Notes: a model not told the origin generated them from the sequence alone. DNA of 63,306 bases, filler included, from Lenisia limosa (GCA_001655205.1; 12 parts of 12 records of this genome joined end to end with filler, not necessarily neighbours in it); one strand, 5' to 3'; shown: positions 1 through 11,814, counted from the first letter of the whole stretch. Numbers and translations are program-made.

Positions 1-22
1 AAGGCTGTCCCCCCCCCCCAAC

Positions 23-3000
23 ATTTTGACATGTGTTCGCGGCCGGACTCCACTTGCCATTTCGGAAGATCAAAAGTTCGAACCCGTCAGAATCCCCAAG
101 GTCCAGATCGGCTACCGAAAATTCGAGAACAATTCCGGCCTCAAGTGACACGTCATCGAGCTTGGCGCTGGCGACAATCGCATCAATGAAGAAGGTCATT
201 ACGGTGGCGTTGCTATGGAGGGTCGGGTCCTGGAAGTTGGCGCTCGCGTTCGACGCAAAAACGAACATCAGTGTTGCGTTATTGGGAAGCTCCAGGCTGG
301 GGTATTACTATTTGAGGGGAAAATGAAAATAATTCGGAACAAAAAGGCACAAAATCAAATCTGTTGGCTGACAATGACAGCAAAAAATAAAGAAAAAAAA
401 GGTTCATTAGGTTGTAAAAAAGACAATATGTCAACAATTTACAGTATCGAGGATAGGGTAACATCCAGAAGTAATTTTTTTTTAACAAACCTGGGAGGAA
501 CATCGACCGCAACCGAGAAGTTTGAGGATACGGCCACTTCAGTCCGCCCTGTATCCAAAACGGCAGGTTTCACAACCAGGCATTCGTGGACGGCCAGGGA
601 GTAGTTACTGTGACACGTAGAGCATAGAGAGGGTGCAAAGAAGTCACATGACGCACACACCAGAGATATGCACGCAGACGCGAAGCAGGTTCCGTTATTG
701 CATGAGTATCCGGGTTGGATCTTGCAGTTTTTACAGGCTGCAGAGTCTCCACCAAAATCACATTCTTCATCATCATCAATTATGGCATTACCACAGAGAA
801 GACTACATATCGACGACTCTCCAACAACACGAGAGCAGTTATAGCCAGACTGAATTTCACAATTCAAACAGCCAGTAGAGTTGCCATTGTCACACTCTTC
901 AGCCACATCAACAACATTGTTTCCGCACAAGAGTGAACAGACAGAAGAGGAGCTGGAAGTATGCGAGCATTCGTAACCTTCTTGAACAATACAGTTCATA
1001 CAAGCAATAGAGTCGCCATTAGTGTCACATTCCTCATTGGAATCAACAGTTCCATCACCACAGAAGGGAAGAAGGAAACAGGAAGACGCTTCGCCAGCAA
1101 CACGAGAGCAGTTATAGCCAGGCTGAATTTCACAGTTCAAACATCCAGTAGAGTTGCCATTGTCACACTCTTCAGCCACATCAACAACATTGTTTCCGCA
1201 CAAGAGTGAACAGACAGAAGAAGAGCTGGAAGTATGCGAACATTCGTAACCTTCTTGAACAATACAGTTCACACAAGCAATAGATTCGCCATTAGTGTCA
1301 CATTCCTCATTGGAATCAACAGTTCCATCACCACAGAAGGGAAGAAGGAAACAGGAAGACGCTTCGCCAGCAACACGAGAGCAGTTATAGCCAGGCTGAA
1401 TTTCACAGTTCAAACATCCAGTAGAGTTTCCATTATCACACTGCTCAAGGCCCTCGACAATTGCATCACCACAGACTGAATTAGGAACACAACTATCCGA
1501 GTCATCGCCACACTGGCTCCAAAAGAGCGTAGTAGTTTCGCCAGCGGAGAGTGCACAGGTTACCTGGGTGGCGTTAGAGGAAAGAGGTAAACCAAAAGTC
1601 CACTCCGCCGATGTGTTAGTGCTTAACACCGCACAAGCTGGAAGACAATACGAGCATGACGCACTTGACGTAAGCTGCCAAGTGACAGACACCGTATCCG
1701 ATGGCCAATTGACGATCGAAGAGATGGGTAAGAACGAGACGACTGCAAGGTCAATAGGCTCGAGTCCGGGGAATTGTCCTGTTTGATAAGAAAGAGAAGC
1801 GTTGTGATCTATAAGAGCATGGAAATCCCAGGAAGATGCAGAAATAAGCACATCTCCATTGACTGAGATGATGACTGAAAGGCTGGAAGATGAAGCCAAA
1901 TGACTACTCAGCGGACTCACGCGGTGGCTAAGAAGTTCGTAAAAAGGCTGAATAACCTCATAACTTTCATCGTTGAACTGGAAATAGAAATTTGAAACAT
2001 ATTCGAAATGCTGAGTGGCGGTGCTTGGAAGAGAAATGGATGAGGTGTTATAGAGCAAGGCAAAATCAAGGGTTGCAAGCGCAGAGTCCAATGTTGAGAA
2101 AAGTAGGCTAGATGCCTCTTCAAATTCAGTGTAACTCATTGAAGCTGGAAGGTTACTGTAGGTGGCATTGAGAATAGTAGTAGCTGCCTCTACGATAGCT
2201 TCGCTTTCGGAAGATGCCGTGGCAAGATTAATGAGCCCATCTAAATACCTCAGAAGAATGGAGTTATCAGTCTCTCCAGTGATAGAAATCTGTGACAAAA
2301 CAGCTGCGACAGAATTGAGAAGTTCCAATGGAGTTTCAAGAGCTAGCTCACGACGAGAGGCTTGGAAATAGTCAAAGATCATGTGAATAACAGGAAGGGC
2401 ATCGTCAAAGTTAAGTTCGGCTACGGTGTTTAGTGTTGAGTTAAGCGCTTCCACGGTAATGGGTTCCGCAAGAGCGGCAAGAGTAATGCTGTGCGTGACT
2501 TTAGCCGTTTGTCCGTCGGCAGTGCGGCCAACAACTGAAACTTGGAAGGCCGTTTCCGGTTCTAACACCAGAAGTCTCGTTGTTTGGTTAGAGAAGCCCG
2601 TTAGAGGCTCAGGGGGGGCGGTACCTCTTTGGATAAGGAACTGGAAGACGACAACAGAGCTTGACCAGTTAGACGTGGTGAACTCGCAGTGATGGAAAGG
2701 ACCATTAGATTCGCACGAAGGGGGTTCAATTTGACCTGGTTGTAATGGAAGTGCGTGGTTGAAATTCTCAGTAGGAGAGCTGTAACTACTTCCATAGTGA
2801 TTGGTGGCGACACATGCTGCAGTTGCTTCAACTGCATCATCTTTAGGGAAAACACTGATGTATTGTTTGTTAATCTCTGCGGGCAGCTTAAACCCGACTA
2901 AGTTCCAGGAAAATGTGAAATAGGAACCCGGGAGTGGTGAGATACAATACAACTGCAGTGGACGTGCTGGCAGAACCTCATCTGATGAACTAGCGATCGC

Positions 3001-6000
3001 AAAAATAGGAGCATCCCCTGTAACGACAGAGACGGTAGTGATTGCCGTGGCACTTTTACCAGCAAGAGGGTCAGTAACAGAAACAGTAAAACGATAATCA
3101 CCAGCAAGGCCATAGAGAGGTGGTAGAACCGGCTTTGAAGAAGAAGAACCGGATATAGTGAATAGACAGGCATCACCACCGCTGAGTTCTATACAAGACC
3201 AATCAAAAAGAAGGCTACGAAAAGGGTCTTCCCTTGACAAACTTGCGGAAGCATCAATCTCAAACCAAGACCTGTCTGTAACAGTTCGATAAGACCCTCC
3301 AACAATTGAAGCAATTGGTGAAATATGAGCACGTGACATTGTATGTGTGTCAGAAGCAGAGTCTGTACCACTGAAAGTTGCCGTAAATGTGAAGTTAACG
3401 GGGATGCCAAAAGGAACAACAGTGTAGTCAACGTAAACAGTGGTCTTTGTGGGGTCTGTAGCGAATACAGAGGGAACATCAGATGACCAAAGAAAAGTTA
3501 GTGGACCACTTACACAGGATGAAACTTGTGCCATTGCTCTGAGCATGAAGGTGGAAGATGGGATAATCTCGGTTGTCGTGATGATGTTAACGGTGGGTGC
3601 ATACGAAGCTGATTTTGTGACTGTTATTATACACTCTTCGCTGACTCCCCCTAAGAAATTACTGACAGAAGCTGTTATCGTAATTTCTCCAATTGGAATC
3701 TCAGCAGCAGGGATGGAAATTGAATTAGATGACGTGTCAACACTGGTAAGAAGACCTAATGTGGAAGAAGCCCAGGTATATACCCCCTGACGGCTTCCAA
3801 GATTTGTGATTTGTAGCGTAACTTGAAGATTATCACATTGACTGAGTGAACTAGGGTGAAAGGCTGTAACAATAGGAATTGGAACATCATCGGGGGCTCG
3901 GACAATAGTGGAGCCCTGTGATGAGGCTAACGCTTCTGGACACGCTTTAATCTTGCCTGGAGCAAGAGAAATTGTATTATTCACACTGATAGTGGCGGAA
4001 TAATCGATAAAAATCTGAATTGCATTTCCGCTGGCCACAACATAGGGGTTGGTGCCGAAGGGACTCGGATCTGATAAGAAGTATATCGTAGAATCAAGGT
4101 TGACATCGGTGTCAAAGTAAAGAACGACTGTGGCCCCGGATGATGAGAACTGTGCTCTGATCAACTCTGGTGCCGCAGCGTTGACACACGATGTGAGCAA
4201 AGTTACCGATAAAAAGTCATTTGTATTTGCATCTCTATCGATAAGGTATATGTTCAGTAGTGATATCTCAGCTTGCGAGCTTGTGATGTTGATGAGGGGA
4301 AAGATGCAGCTTAACTCTGGTCCAGTCCCCCTAATACGGAATTGAGATGAAGGTGGGATGGCGGAAATATTACAACGAGCGCTGATATCCTGGGGAACGG
4401 AAAGCAAAACGGTAGACTTCGAGCTTAAAATATTTAGATCATAGTTGCTCACTGGGTCCGGATCGGATATTAACAAATCGGACAAGAGGCTCTGAGACTC
4501 AACATTAAGGTCAACAGTGATAAGGGAACTAGAAAACGTAAGAGTTGGGGTCGAAGGCATTTCATTGACGGCAACGACCATGATTGCAGAGGTGACGTCA
4601 TTAGAATGCGTTGCTGTCATCTTGAGGCGAAAGGTTCGAGCAGAATTATCAAAGCCCTTCACTTTCAAAGTAAGAAGTTCCGCAATCATGTCGGAAGCGA
4701 TCACATTAGTACGATTTAGGCAAGTAGCCCAACTCAGGTAGCTGGTGAAGAGCAAACCGTCCCCTTCAACGCAGACAGCCGTAGATATTTCAGTCACCGA
4801 AGCGTCTAGCCCATCCAGAGCCATACTTATGGGAGTATCTACTTCGACGTTCTCATCAATTGTGACCAAGGGGTCAAAACTCAAGGAAATAGCTTTGTTT
4901 GGGGATCCAAATGATCCAGAAATCGGAATAGTGGTAGACTGGGGAAGACTTCCGTCAGACCCGAACAAAGCAGACCCCGGACGACAATGCACAAATCCTA
5001 GCTCCCAGGCCGGGGTCGGAACGGAAGTAACGGTTCCCGCCCAGTGCGTCGCGCTGACCCAAGAACTGGTTAAAGAAAGCCCGGAAATATCCTCGGAACA
5101 AACGATCGGCTCTGAAGGTTGATTGGTCGCAGAACTAAAGACAGCATATATGACGTCGCCGACGGAGATTATTTCGTCGAGGTTATCCGGATCGGAGAAA
5201 GTGACGGAAATCAGTTCTGTTGGTTGTGCCGGGGTTGAGAAGGTCAGTTCTACAAAATGTTAAAAACCTTTATTATGTTTAGGGGAGCGGGGTATATGAT
5301 GCGTCTGGGGGGTATGATGACTAAGGGTGACTCACCCTAAGTGTAAGTCAGAGCATATGATTCGATAAGACCCCATTTTCTATACAAAGACAGCAAACAC
5401 TGCGTACAATGATATACTTGTATGTAGGGCTTCACTTTGGTACGAAAAAGATCGGTAAACTGAATATCGAGTATTTATCGAGAAATTACGTCATTTTCTG
5501 GATCGGAGTGAAGCCCAACTTGCACGGTGTGTCATTCATTGAGTGGATAATTCAAGTGATTCCAATTCCAAAACATTATCCCCCCCCCCCTCGTGTCATT
5601 TTTTTTTTAATTTNNNNNNNNNNNNNNNNNNNNNNNNNNNNNNNNNNNNNNNNNNNNNNNNNNNNNNNNNNNNNNNNNNNNNNNNNNNNNNNNNNNNNNN
5701 NNNNNNNNNNNNNNNNNNNNNNNNNNNNNNNCAGCACCGCAATTACAATGAATATGAATATGTGTATCATCTTAAGATTTTGGAGAGGAAAGTACAATTT
5801 CAATTCAAGAAATCATAAAAAATAAAATACAATAAAATACCCGATATTCAAGAGCAACAAAGCCCTCAAACCTTGAGGAGCGCTCTCGCCAACACCGTTG
5901 ACAGCCTTGACAACTACGGTATAGCTGGAAGAAAAGAGCAAGTCATTGATCATGGTGCTTGTGGTGGGAACAACTTCAGAAACGACCGGATCCTGGTTCG

Positions 6001-6474
6001 GAGGGAGATATAAAAAGACTTGAAAAGCTGTGGCGGAAGAGTCTTGTGGGCTCCACATAACTTCAGCGGAGGGACAGGAGAGAGAAACAGTCATATTTGT
6101 TACTGATGGTGGTGGCTGTGGTACATTGAAAACAAGTTCCTCAGATAGGGGGCCACAGTTAGAGATACACGACTGAACGCTAAAGCGATATTGGGGAACC
6201 GTCGTATTATGGGTGAACGAAAAGTTATTGGTGGTTCCTTCATAGATAATAGAAGATACTCCATCTACCACGTGCCTTAGGCGGTAAAGTACGGCTGCCT
6301 CGGTTGCGGACCAAGACAGGAAAAGGGCAGACCCAACGTCAAAGACGGCGGGCTTCGGAGTTGTCGGAAGTGAGTCGGAAACGGAAAACGTTCCGATTAC
6401 CGATGGCTCGGTGGAGTCCAAAAAAGTGTAGTTCACTTCGGGATCAAGTGTCAGCAGAAAACTTTCATCTGTAT
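23..6474 (-). CDS. Large extracellular/surface protein (partial): FN3 domain(s) + REJ/PKD-like region + tandem Cys-rich CGDG/CGN..EECD repeats (Myxococcus Cys-rich/DUF4215-like) + furin-like Cys stretch. Exons about 5872-6474, 491-5249, 23-296
   Basis: ORF 439..4992 stays open upstream to a TTTTGTAG acceptor at 5250. FN3 motif (W.P...Y.V.VKAVNGVGES) in ORF 5813..6532. Phase-compatible junction CAA G|AA CTG. REJ-like PIASIVGG...IDASAS...FDWSC and YRFTVSVTD motifs. Repeated CGDGTVDSNEECD / CGNNVVDVAEECD. Further exon SLELPNNATLMFVF...GKWSPAANTCQN is in frame using the CCCCAG acceptor at 297-298. Confidence 0.85.
297..390 (-). repeat. Family B repeat (5'-truncated tail) forming the 3' end of intron 297-490
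   Basis: Reverse complement reads TTGTCAGCCAACAGATTTGATTTTGTGCCTTTTTGTTCCGAATTATTTTCATTTTCCCCTCAAATAG...CCCCAG, matching the family B tail. Confidence 0.8.
826..1440 (-). repeat. Coding tandem repeat, 273-bp (91-aa) unit, about 2.3 near-identical copies
   Basis: CACGAGAGCAGTTATAGCCAG recurs at 828, 1101 and 1374 (period 273). Confidence 0.95.
5425..5518. mobile_element. Family A hAT-like MITE (intronic)
   Basis: TAGGGCTTCACT...AGTGAAGCCCAA; flanks CTTGTATG / CTTGCACG (6/8 degenerate TSD). Confidence 0.85.
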
Positions 6475-7061
6475 CTGAATGGTTAACGATGGTAAAAGGA
6501 GGGAGTATGATTAAAAAAGCAATCTTCAACACTATATAGTATGGGATTTAGCAATTTTGTTCAGTCTATTCGCTGATAAAAAAAGAATAAGAAAAATGAC
6601 TCCTTGCAATTAATTGAAAAATTTGAAGTGAAACATATTGAAATGCAAAGGTAACTCAATTTCAGTCACTAATAGGGCACCTTGCAATTAATTGCCATTA
6701 ATGGCAACTTTTGTATTGTTTTGAAGCAATTAATTGAAAATAATTGTGTAATAAGTTGCCATCTTTTGTAGAAAATCATATTATCAAAACATTATTTAGA
6801 ACTAATTGAGTGGCAGTTGGAAACTATCAAAAATAGACAAGGTTTTGAGCAATTGCAATTTGTCAAATAATGTCTTCAAAAAATTAATAGCAAGAGGTCT
6901 TAAGAAAAATAGTAGAGCATCGTTGTCATTTTCACTAAAAAGCGGGTAAATTATCGACATTTATCGATCATTTATCTATCATTTAAATTCGGTCTTTTTT
7001 GGAATCGACCGTGATGCGACAATGTTCACCGCATATGCGGGAAGTGTGCATGTCCATGAAC

Positions 7062-7161
7062 TACGGCTTCAGCTTTTGATCCAAATAAGACTGAATTCTC
7101 GATCAATCTTCGATAAATATCGAAACTTTGTCCGTCTTTTGGAACCGAAAGTGAAGCTCTA
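7062..7161. mobile_element. Family A MITE, degenerate
   Basis: TACGGCTTCAGCTT...AAGTGAAGCTCTA, internal AAGACTGAATT..TCGAT motifs; flanks CCATGAAC / GCATGGAC. Confidence 0.7.
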
Positions 7162-7340
7162 GCATGGACCCCTAGTCCTACCCGCCACACACACCACTCT
7201 TGAGTCCCACCCATCTCAGCTCACTTAATGCGGAAATGAGACTGCCATTTCCAAGAAGAGAAAAGGTGCCGGTGCTCTCACCTCCAAACTGACTGGTTAG
7301 AAAAGGTCTAATTCCGAAATATGGTTCAGAGAGCTGGATA

Positions 7341-7440
7341 NNNNNNNNNNNNNNNNNNNNNNNNNNNNNNNNNNNNNNNNNNNNTTAATTAATTAANNNN
7401 NNNNNNNNNNNNNNNNNNNNNNNNNNNNNNNNNNNNNNNN
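7341..7440. other. Artificial scaffold-joining spacer (44N + TTAATTAATTAA + 44N). Same spacer at 12359-12458, 19765-19864, 21113-21212, 23972-24071, 31770-31869, 35030-35129, 43109-43208, 52964-53063, 57348-57447, 62115-62214
   Basis: Identical 100-nt structure eleven times; TTAATTAATTAA places stop codons in all six frames. Confidence 0.97.
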
Positions 7441-8509
7441 TTGCGCTCCTGATGGAAATTGCGCCATCGTACCCCGCTACATTCTTTGACACCCGGGTGT
7501 TCTGCCTGATCCTGACGTACGCCGCCGTACTTGCTGCAAGCCGTGCCGATATCAAGAAAGTGGGGGGAGTACACAAACGTGTGCCTTTTTTGGGGACGGA
7601 TTATTGAGGTTTGTGCCTTGCAGCATATTGATTAGTAAAAGGAGAAGTTATGAGAACGACGCTGTTTTTGCTTTTTACGAATTTAGATGCTGGCAACCCC
7701 TGAAATTGCTCTGTTTTTAAGAGCCGTGCCGGAGTGTTTGACTATGTTCCAAGCCATTTCTACGGGAGCCTATGACCTAGCCCTCGCCACATTCTGTGAG
7801 CTTGCATATCAGCGATTACTCTTGATTACTCATCATGTTGCTTTTTACTTACGTTTATTGTTATTTCAAGTATTATTGTTTCGCGTGATGATGTGGACGG
7901 CTTCGGCCAGATACAACCTTGTGTTTTTTATTTCTCATTGCTATACATATTCTTCCCCGCTGACCGAAGGTGTTTTGTTTCCCCACTGACCGAAGGTGTT
8001 TTGTTTCCCCACTTACCGAAGGTGTTTTGTTTTCTAAGTATTCCATTTACGTACGCTGGAGTGATGGGATGAGGTGCTGCAGAAGGGCCTTGTCTGTTTT
8101 GTTGTTATCAACCTTATGGGTTGTCAGCCAGCAGAGTTGATTTGGGGGTTTTTTTTTCTCATAAATTTTCCAATTTTACCCCCCCCCCCNNNNNNNNNNN
8201 NNNNNNNNNNNNNNNNNNNNNNNNNNNNNNNNNNNNNNNNNNNNNNNNNNNNNNNNNNNNNNNNNNNNNNNNNNNNNNNNNNNNNNNNNNNNNNNNNNNC
8301 TCCCTCTATCTTAAACCCTACCACAACGTGTCACTTGGTATGCCTGCTACTTAGGGCTTCATTTCGGTTCAAAAAAAAGATTGAACTTCTCGATAAATCC
8401 TCGAAAACTTAAGTTAATTGCTGTTCGTTTTCTTGGGACACGTTTAATTGACCTTTCAGATGCCATGGCAGAGGCTTTCAAACTTCCAAGGGATAGAGTG
8501 GAAAAGTTG
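7441..8509 (+). CDS. PCI-domain protein, CSN1/RPN7-like (partial, multi-exon)
   Basis: Spliced reading ...LTYAAVLAASRADIKK|MLATPEIALFLRAVPECLTMFQAISTGAYDLALATF ... YLKPYHNVSL|DAMAEAFKLPRDRVEK resembles the PCI winged-helix of CSN1/RPN7; GT-AG introns at 7560-7686 and about 8341-8459. Confidence 0.65.
7960..8035. repeat. Intronic minisatellite, ~26-bp unit x3 (CTGACCGAAGGTGTTTTGTTTCCCCA)
   Basis: Direct reading. Confidence 0.9.
8056..8189 (+). repeat. Family B repeat, full length, in PCI gene intron, ending in oligo-C at a gap followed by an exon
   Basis: CTGGAGTGATGGGATGAGGTGCTGCAGAAG...GTCAGCCAGCAGAGTTGATTTGGG...CATAAATTTTCCAATTTTACCCCCCCCCCC. Confidence 0.9.
8353..8413. mobile_element. 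Family A MITE, left half only (intronic)
   Basis: TAGGGCTTCATTTCGGTTCAAAAAAAAGATTGAACTTCTCGATAAATCCTCGAAAACT. Confidence 0.8.
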
Positions 8510-8656
8510 GGGGGGGGGGGTGATGTTCCTAAATGNNNNNNNNNNNNNNNNNNNNNNNNNNNNNNNNNNNNNNNNNNNNNNNNNNNNNNNNNNNNNNNNN
8601 NNNNNNNNNNNNNNNNNNNNNNNNNTATGTTTGTATGCAGCATATAGTGTATAATA

Positions 8657-8730
8657 TTGACCGGGATAAGGCTTGACTGATTTTCCTTGGGAAACCACAT
8701 AGCAAATCGGTGAAGACAAATCCCAATCAC
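8657..8730. mobile_element. Family C TA-flanked MITE, degenerate
   Basis: TGACCGGGATAAGGCTTGACTGAT...ATAGCAAATCGGTGAAGACAAATCCCAATCACT. Confidence 0.7.
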
Positions 8731-8790
8731 TCAATAAAAGCGGAAGGTTGTCTTGGATATCGGAGTAATAATCAACGATTGAATAGACTA

Positions 8791-8898
8791 GTAACTTATG
8801 TTTGTTACTTTATTGGGCCTTTGGGTTATTTATGTTTGTTACTTTATTGAGCCTTTGAATAACTTATGTTTGTTACTGTATTGAGCCTTTGGGTTACG
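8791..8898. repeat. Minisatellite, ~33-bp unit x3 (ACTTATGTTTGTTACTTTATTGAGCCTTTG...)
   Basis: Direct reading. Confidence 0.85.
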
Positions 8899-9299
8899 TA
8901 CCCTGGAAGAGGCGTGATGTGACATGTTATATAATTTAATAATTTGATAATGCCGCTGAAATCAAAGTTGAAAGGGGGGTGAAAAGAAAATAGGGGAAAT
9001 TACGCTCAATATGACGCGCAATAATTATTGGCGTGCTCTGAGTGTCATCAGAGCTTAGAAGCAGGGGGTAGCCGGACATAAGAACTCACCACTTAGGGAC
9101 CTGGTGTTCTTCATCACTGCCGGCAAGCTAATGTACCAAATTGACAAAACAAAGGGTGGGGAACTTGTCGAAGAAATTGTGGATTTTTTGGGGGGGTTTT
9201 ACGGGTTTAGGTAGTTTTTGAAGATTGATGGGTGTGGGTAATCATGTCTATTTGGAATAATGGGATAATATAATAATTCATCTTGTATTCCTAAGTTAC

Positions 9300-10317
9300 T
9301 TAATTCGACGCAGGCCTGATCTTCTCGAAAGCATCGCAGAACACAGCGGGAAGCAACAGTCGCGACGAGTTGATGGAGCAAGGCGATGCCCTGCTTAACC
9401 GCCTGCAGCATGTCTCGCATTACGTTGCAGTTTAGCCATTCCCGTGTGTGTTTCGTTTTTCTTGTGTTGAGAGTTTTTTATTTGCATTTAAGTGGCCTGT
9501 CTTGGAGGGTGGCTAACCAAGCGTTTTTTCTAGCGTTGTTACTTCTACGTGTAAGGGAATGAAGTACATTCCCCACGCCGGCAGTAACTCACATTTTAAC
9601 CGGTCTTCTCTTCTTATCTCCCTCTTTTGCTCTATTTTATATTGTGTGTTTAATCTTGTGTTCCAAGAGAAAGTCGGTGTTTTAGTTCACCCAAAACACT
9701 GGTGGAATACGGATGTTATTAGAATGTGTATCCAATACTCGAGGGGCCGCTAGGAGCTCGAATGGTGTATTTCCGCTAATTGTTATCAGGGAGGAACTAT
9801 CGTATGATTAAAACTGACTCACATTCCTTTCATGAAAGTTTGCTGCGACATAAATAATATATCATACGGAGTCTCTGGTTCATCAAACTTATGGTTTTCG
9901 AGAAGAATTCTAAACAAATACAAATATTCATACCAAAAACCGTAATTTTCGTAGTCATATCAAAATTTTAGGATACTATGCAATACAAAATTATCTTTTT
10001 GAAGGTATGGAATGTTAAACATAATAACTTAACATTCACCAAATTTGATAATCCCGCTGTTGCTCTTTTGTAAACCAAAAATTCAGAATAAAATCTGACT
10101 AAATTTTGGTAATGTTTAGAGTCTGGCTTTCTTAATCAACCAGGATCACTTTGACACACTTTTAAACAGAAGTTGACTCACCGAAGGCAGAATTCAACTA
10201 ACCATCTTGACCACCTACGTAACCATTAGCCTTATTGATATCGGCTCCCTTCTCAGTGAGGTACTTCACAACATCCAAATGACCGATTTGAGCGGCATAG
10301 CTGAGGAGTGGATCTTC
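9300..10317 (-). CDS. Ankyrin-repeat protein (partial, multi-exon)
   Basis: Exon 10219-10317 (CAG|...|GTAGGT) encodes EDPLLSYAAQIGHLDVVKYLTEKGADINKANGY; a further piece near 9720-9775 reads GNTPFELLAAP; the lower boundary is uncertain. Confidence 0.7.
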
Positions 10318-11366
10318 CTGGTATGAAGGTTATCCAAAACGAGGAGGTATATAAAAGATGACAACACACCTGAATCCGAATGAATGAAAGACCTCATCTA
10401 TTCTCACACAGTGGAGAAACCAGAAACCCAAGAAATGTTGCACCCGTTTTGGGTGTTTATATCAACTATTATACTAGCTGCATTAGTCACATTAGTGACA
10501 AACCAAAAAATTCTGCAAACCAATAATCAAAGCATCACACGTAAGAGAATTTAGCAACCGATAGAAATAACGCAGATAACAGCATAAACAACCTGTTGAA
10601 TTCTCCTTCCGAACATTCTTTGATCTGACACGAGCGTCGCCTTCCCGAGGCCTTCGCAGCCTCAATAATGGCGGAGCATGGAAGGAACCCGCTGAAGGAA
10701 TCGCACTCGCAGAGCTCCTTCCNNNNNNNNNNNNNNNNNNNNNNNNNNNNNNNNNNNNNNNNNNNNNNNNNNNNNNNNNNNNNAGCAAACCGCCTCTCCC
10801 AGCCCACCACAGCCTCTTCTCTGCGCAGAACCTCCTGTTTAAGAGGCCTGTGTCGCAATCAGACCCGCCACAGGTAAGTGGAGCCGTGACTGACTTTCCT
10901 TCGGTGGTCAGTGTTTTGAGGATTCAATCCATGACAAATACTCCCCTCCCTTCAGAGCTTCATTTTTATTTCAAAGACGGAATTCTCCATAAAATCTTGA
11001 TAAATATCCTCTACCCAGTTCTTATGAAGCCGAAATGAAAAAACCCTCACTTTGCTTAAGTCCAGATGAAATAGCAATCTTTTTCGAGGATTTATTTTTT
11101 AATACAAAAGCCTTTGAGTGATATATTATTTTTGATACACATCTTTCATTGGACCTCATTGAATCCCCTGTTGTTAATAACCTTTTACTTCTTACTACGG
11201 ATTGATCCGAATAGTTTTCTTTGTGATTGTCGACGGTTTCGGCCACTCTAAACGTGATTTGGCCTGATGTTTTGTTTTGTTTTCAAATTATTCTTCCTTC
11301 TTGGTGTTTTTCTAGAGGGTTCATGCGTCATTTTTCTCCCCATCCCCTCCCTGATACATACCATAA

Positions 11367-11530
11367 AGTGACCGGGATAAATCTTGAACGATTTGCAACA
11401 TAGTGACCTTGACCGATTTTCAGGAAATCATAGCAAATCGGTCAAAACTTATCCCAGTCACTGTATATCACATAGCAAATTGGTCAAGACTTATCTCAGT
11501 CACTGTATAGCAAATCAGCCAAGGCTTATC
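11367..11530. mobile_element. Family C MITE with extra tandem right-end copies
   Basis: AGTGACCGGGATAAATCTTG...CAAAACTTATCCCAGTCACTGTA followed by a second ATAGCAAATTGGTCAAGACTTATCTCAGTCACTGTA and a third partial copy. Confidence 0.8.
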
Positions 11531-11737
11531 CCCTCCCTTAAATTTTCCATTTTTCACCCCATCAGATGCTGAATCGCTTTACACAAGGGCACAGCCACCT
11601 CCCCCAATCCCCCTCTATCGGAATGTTGACAGAAATCTCCCAGGGTATGGGGGGGGGGAGTACTTGCGGCTTTTTTATTTGTTTTTACATTCACCAATAA
11701 GATCAAATTACCATATGCACGTGCAGCAAAAATAAAA

Positions 11738-11814
11738 CAGTGACCGGGATAGTCTTGCCCGATTTTTCTTGGGAAATCATGTAGCAAATCGGTCAAGACT
11801 TATCCCGGTTACTG
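11738..11814. mobile_element. Family C Tc1/mariner-like MITE
   Basis: CAGTGACCGGGATAGTCTTG...CAAGACTTATCCCGGTTACTG-TA. Confidence 0.85.

Noticed and set aside
715-5122. Plus-strand ORFs overlapping the large minus-strand gene
   Set aside because: Antisense shadow ORFs of a long coding exon with no independent features.
5324-5338. AGGGTGA-C-TCACCCT short palindrome in an intron
   Set aside because: Only 7 bp per arm and a single occurrence; it could be a MITE footprint but cannot be supported.
7385-7396. TTAATTAATTAA as a biological palindrome or regulatory site
   Set aside because: Always centred in exactly 44+44 N; it is an assembly linker.
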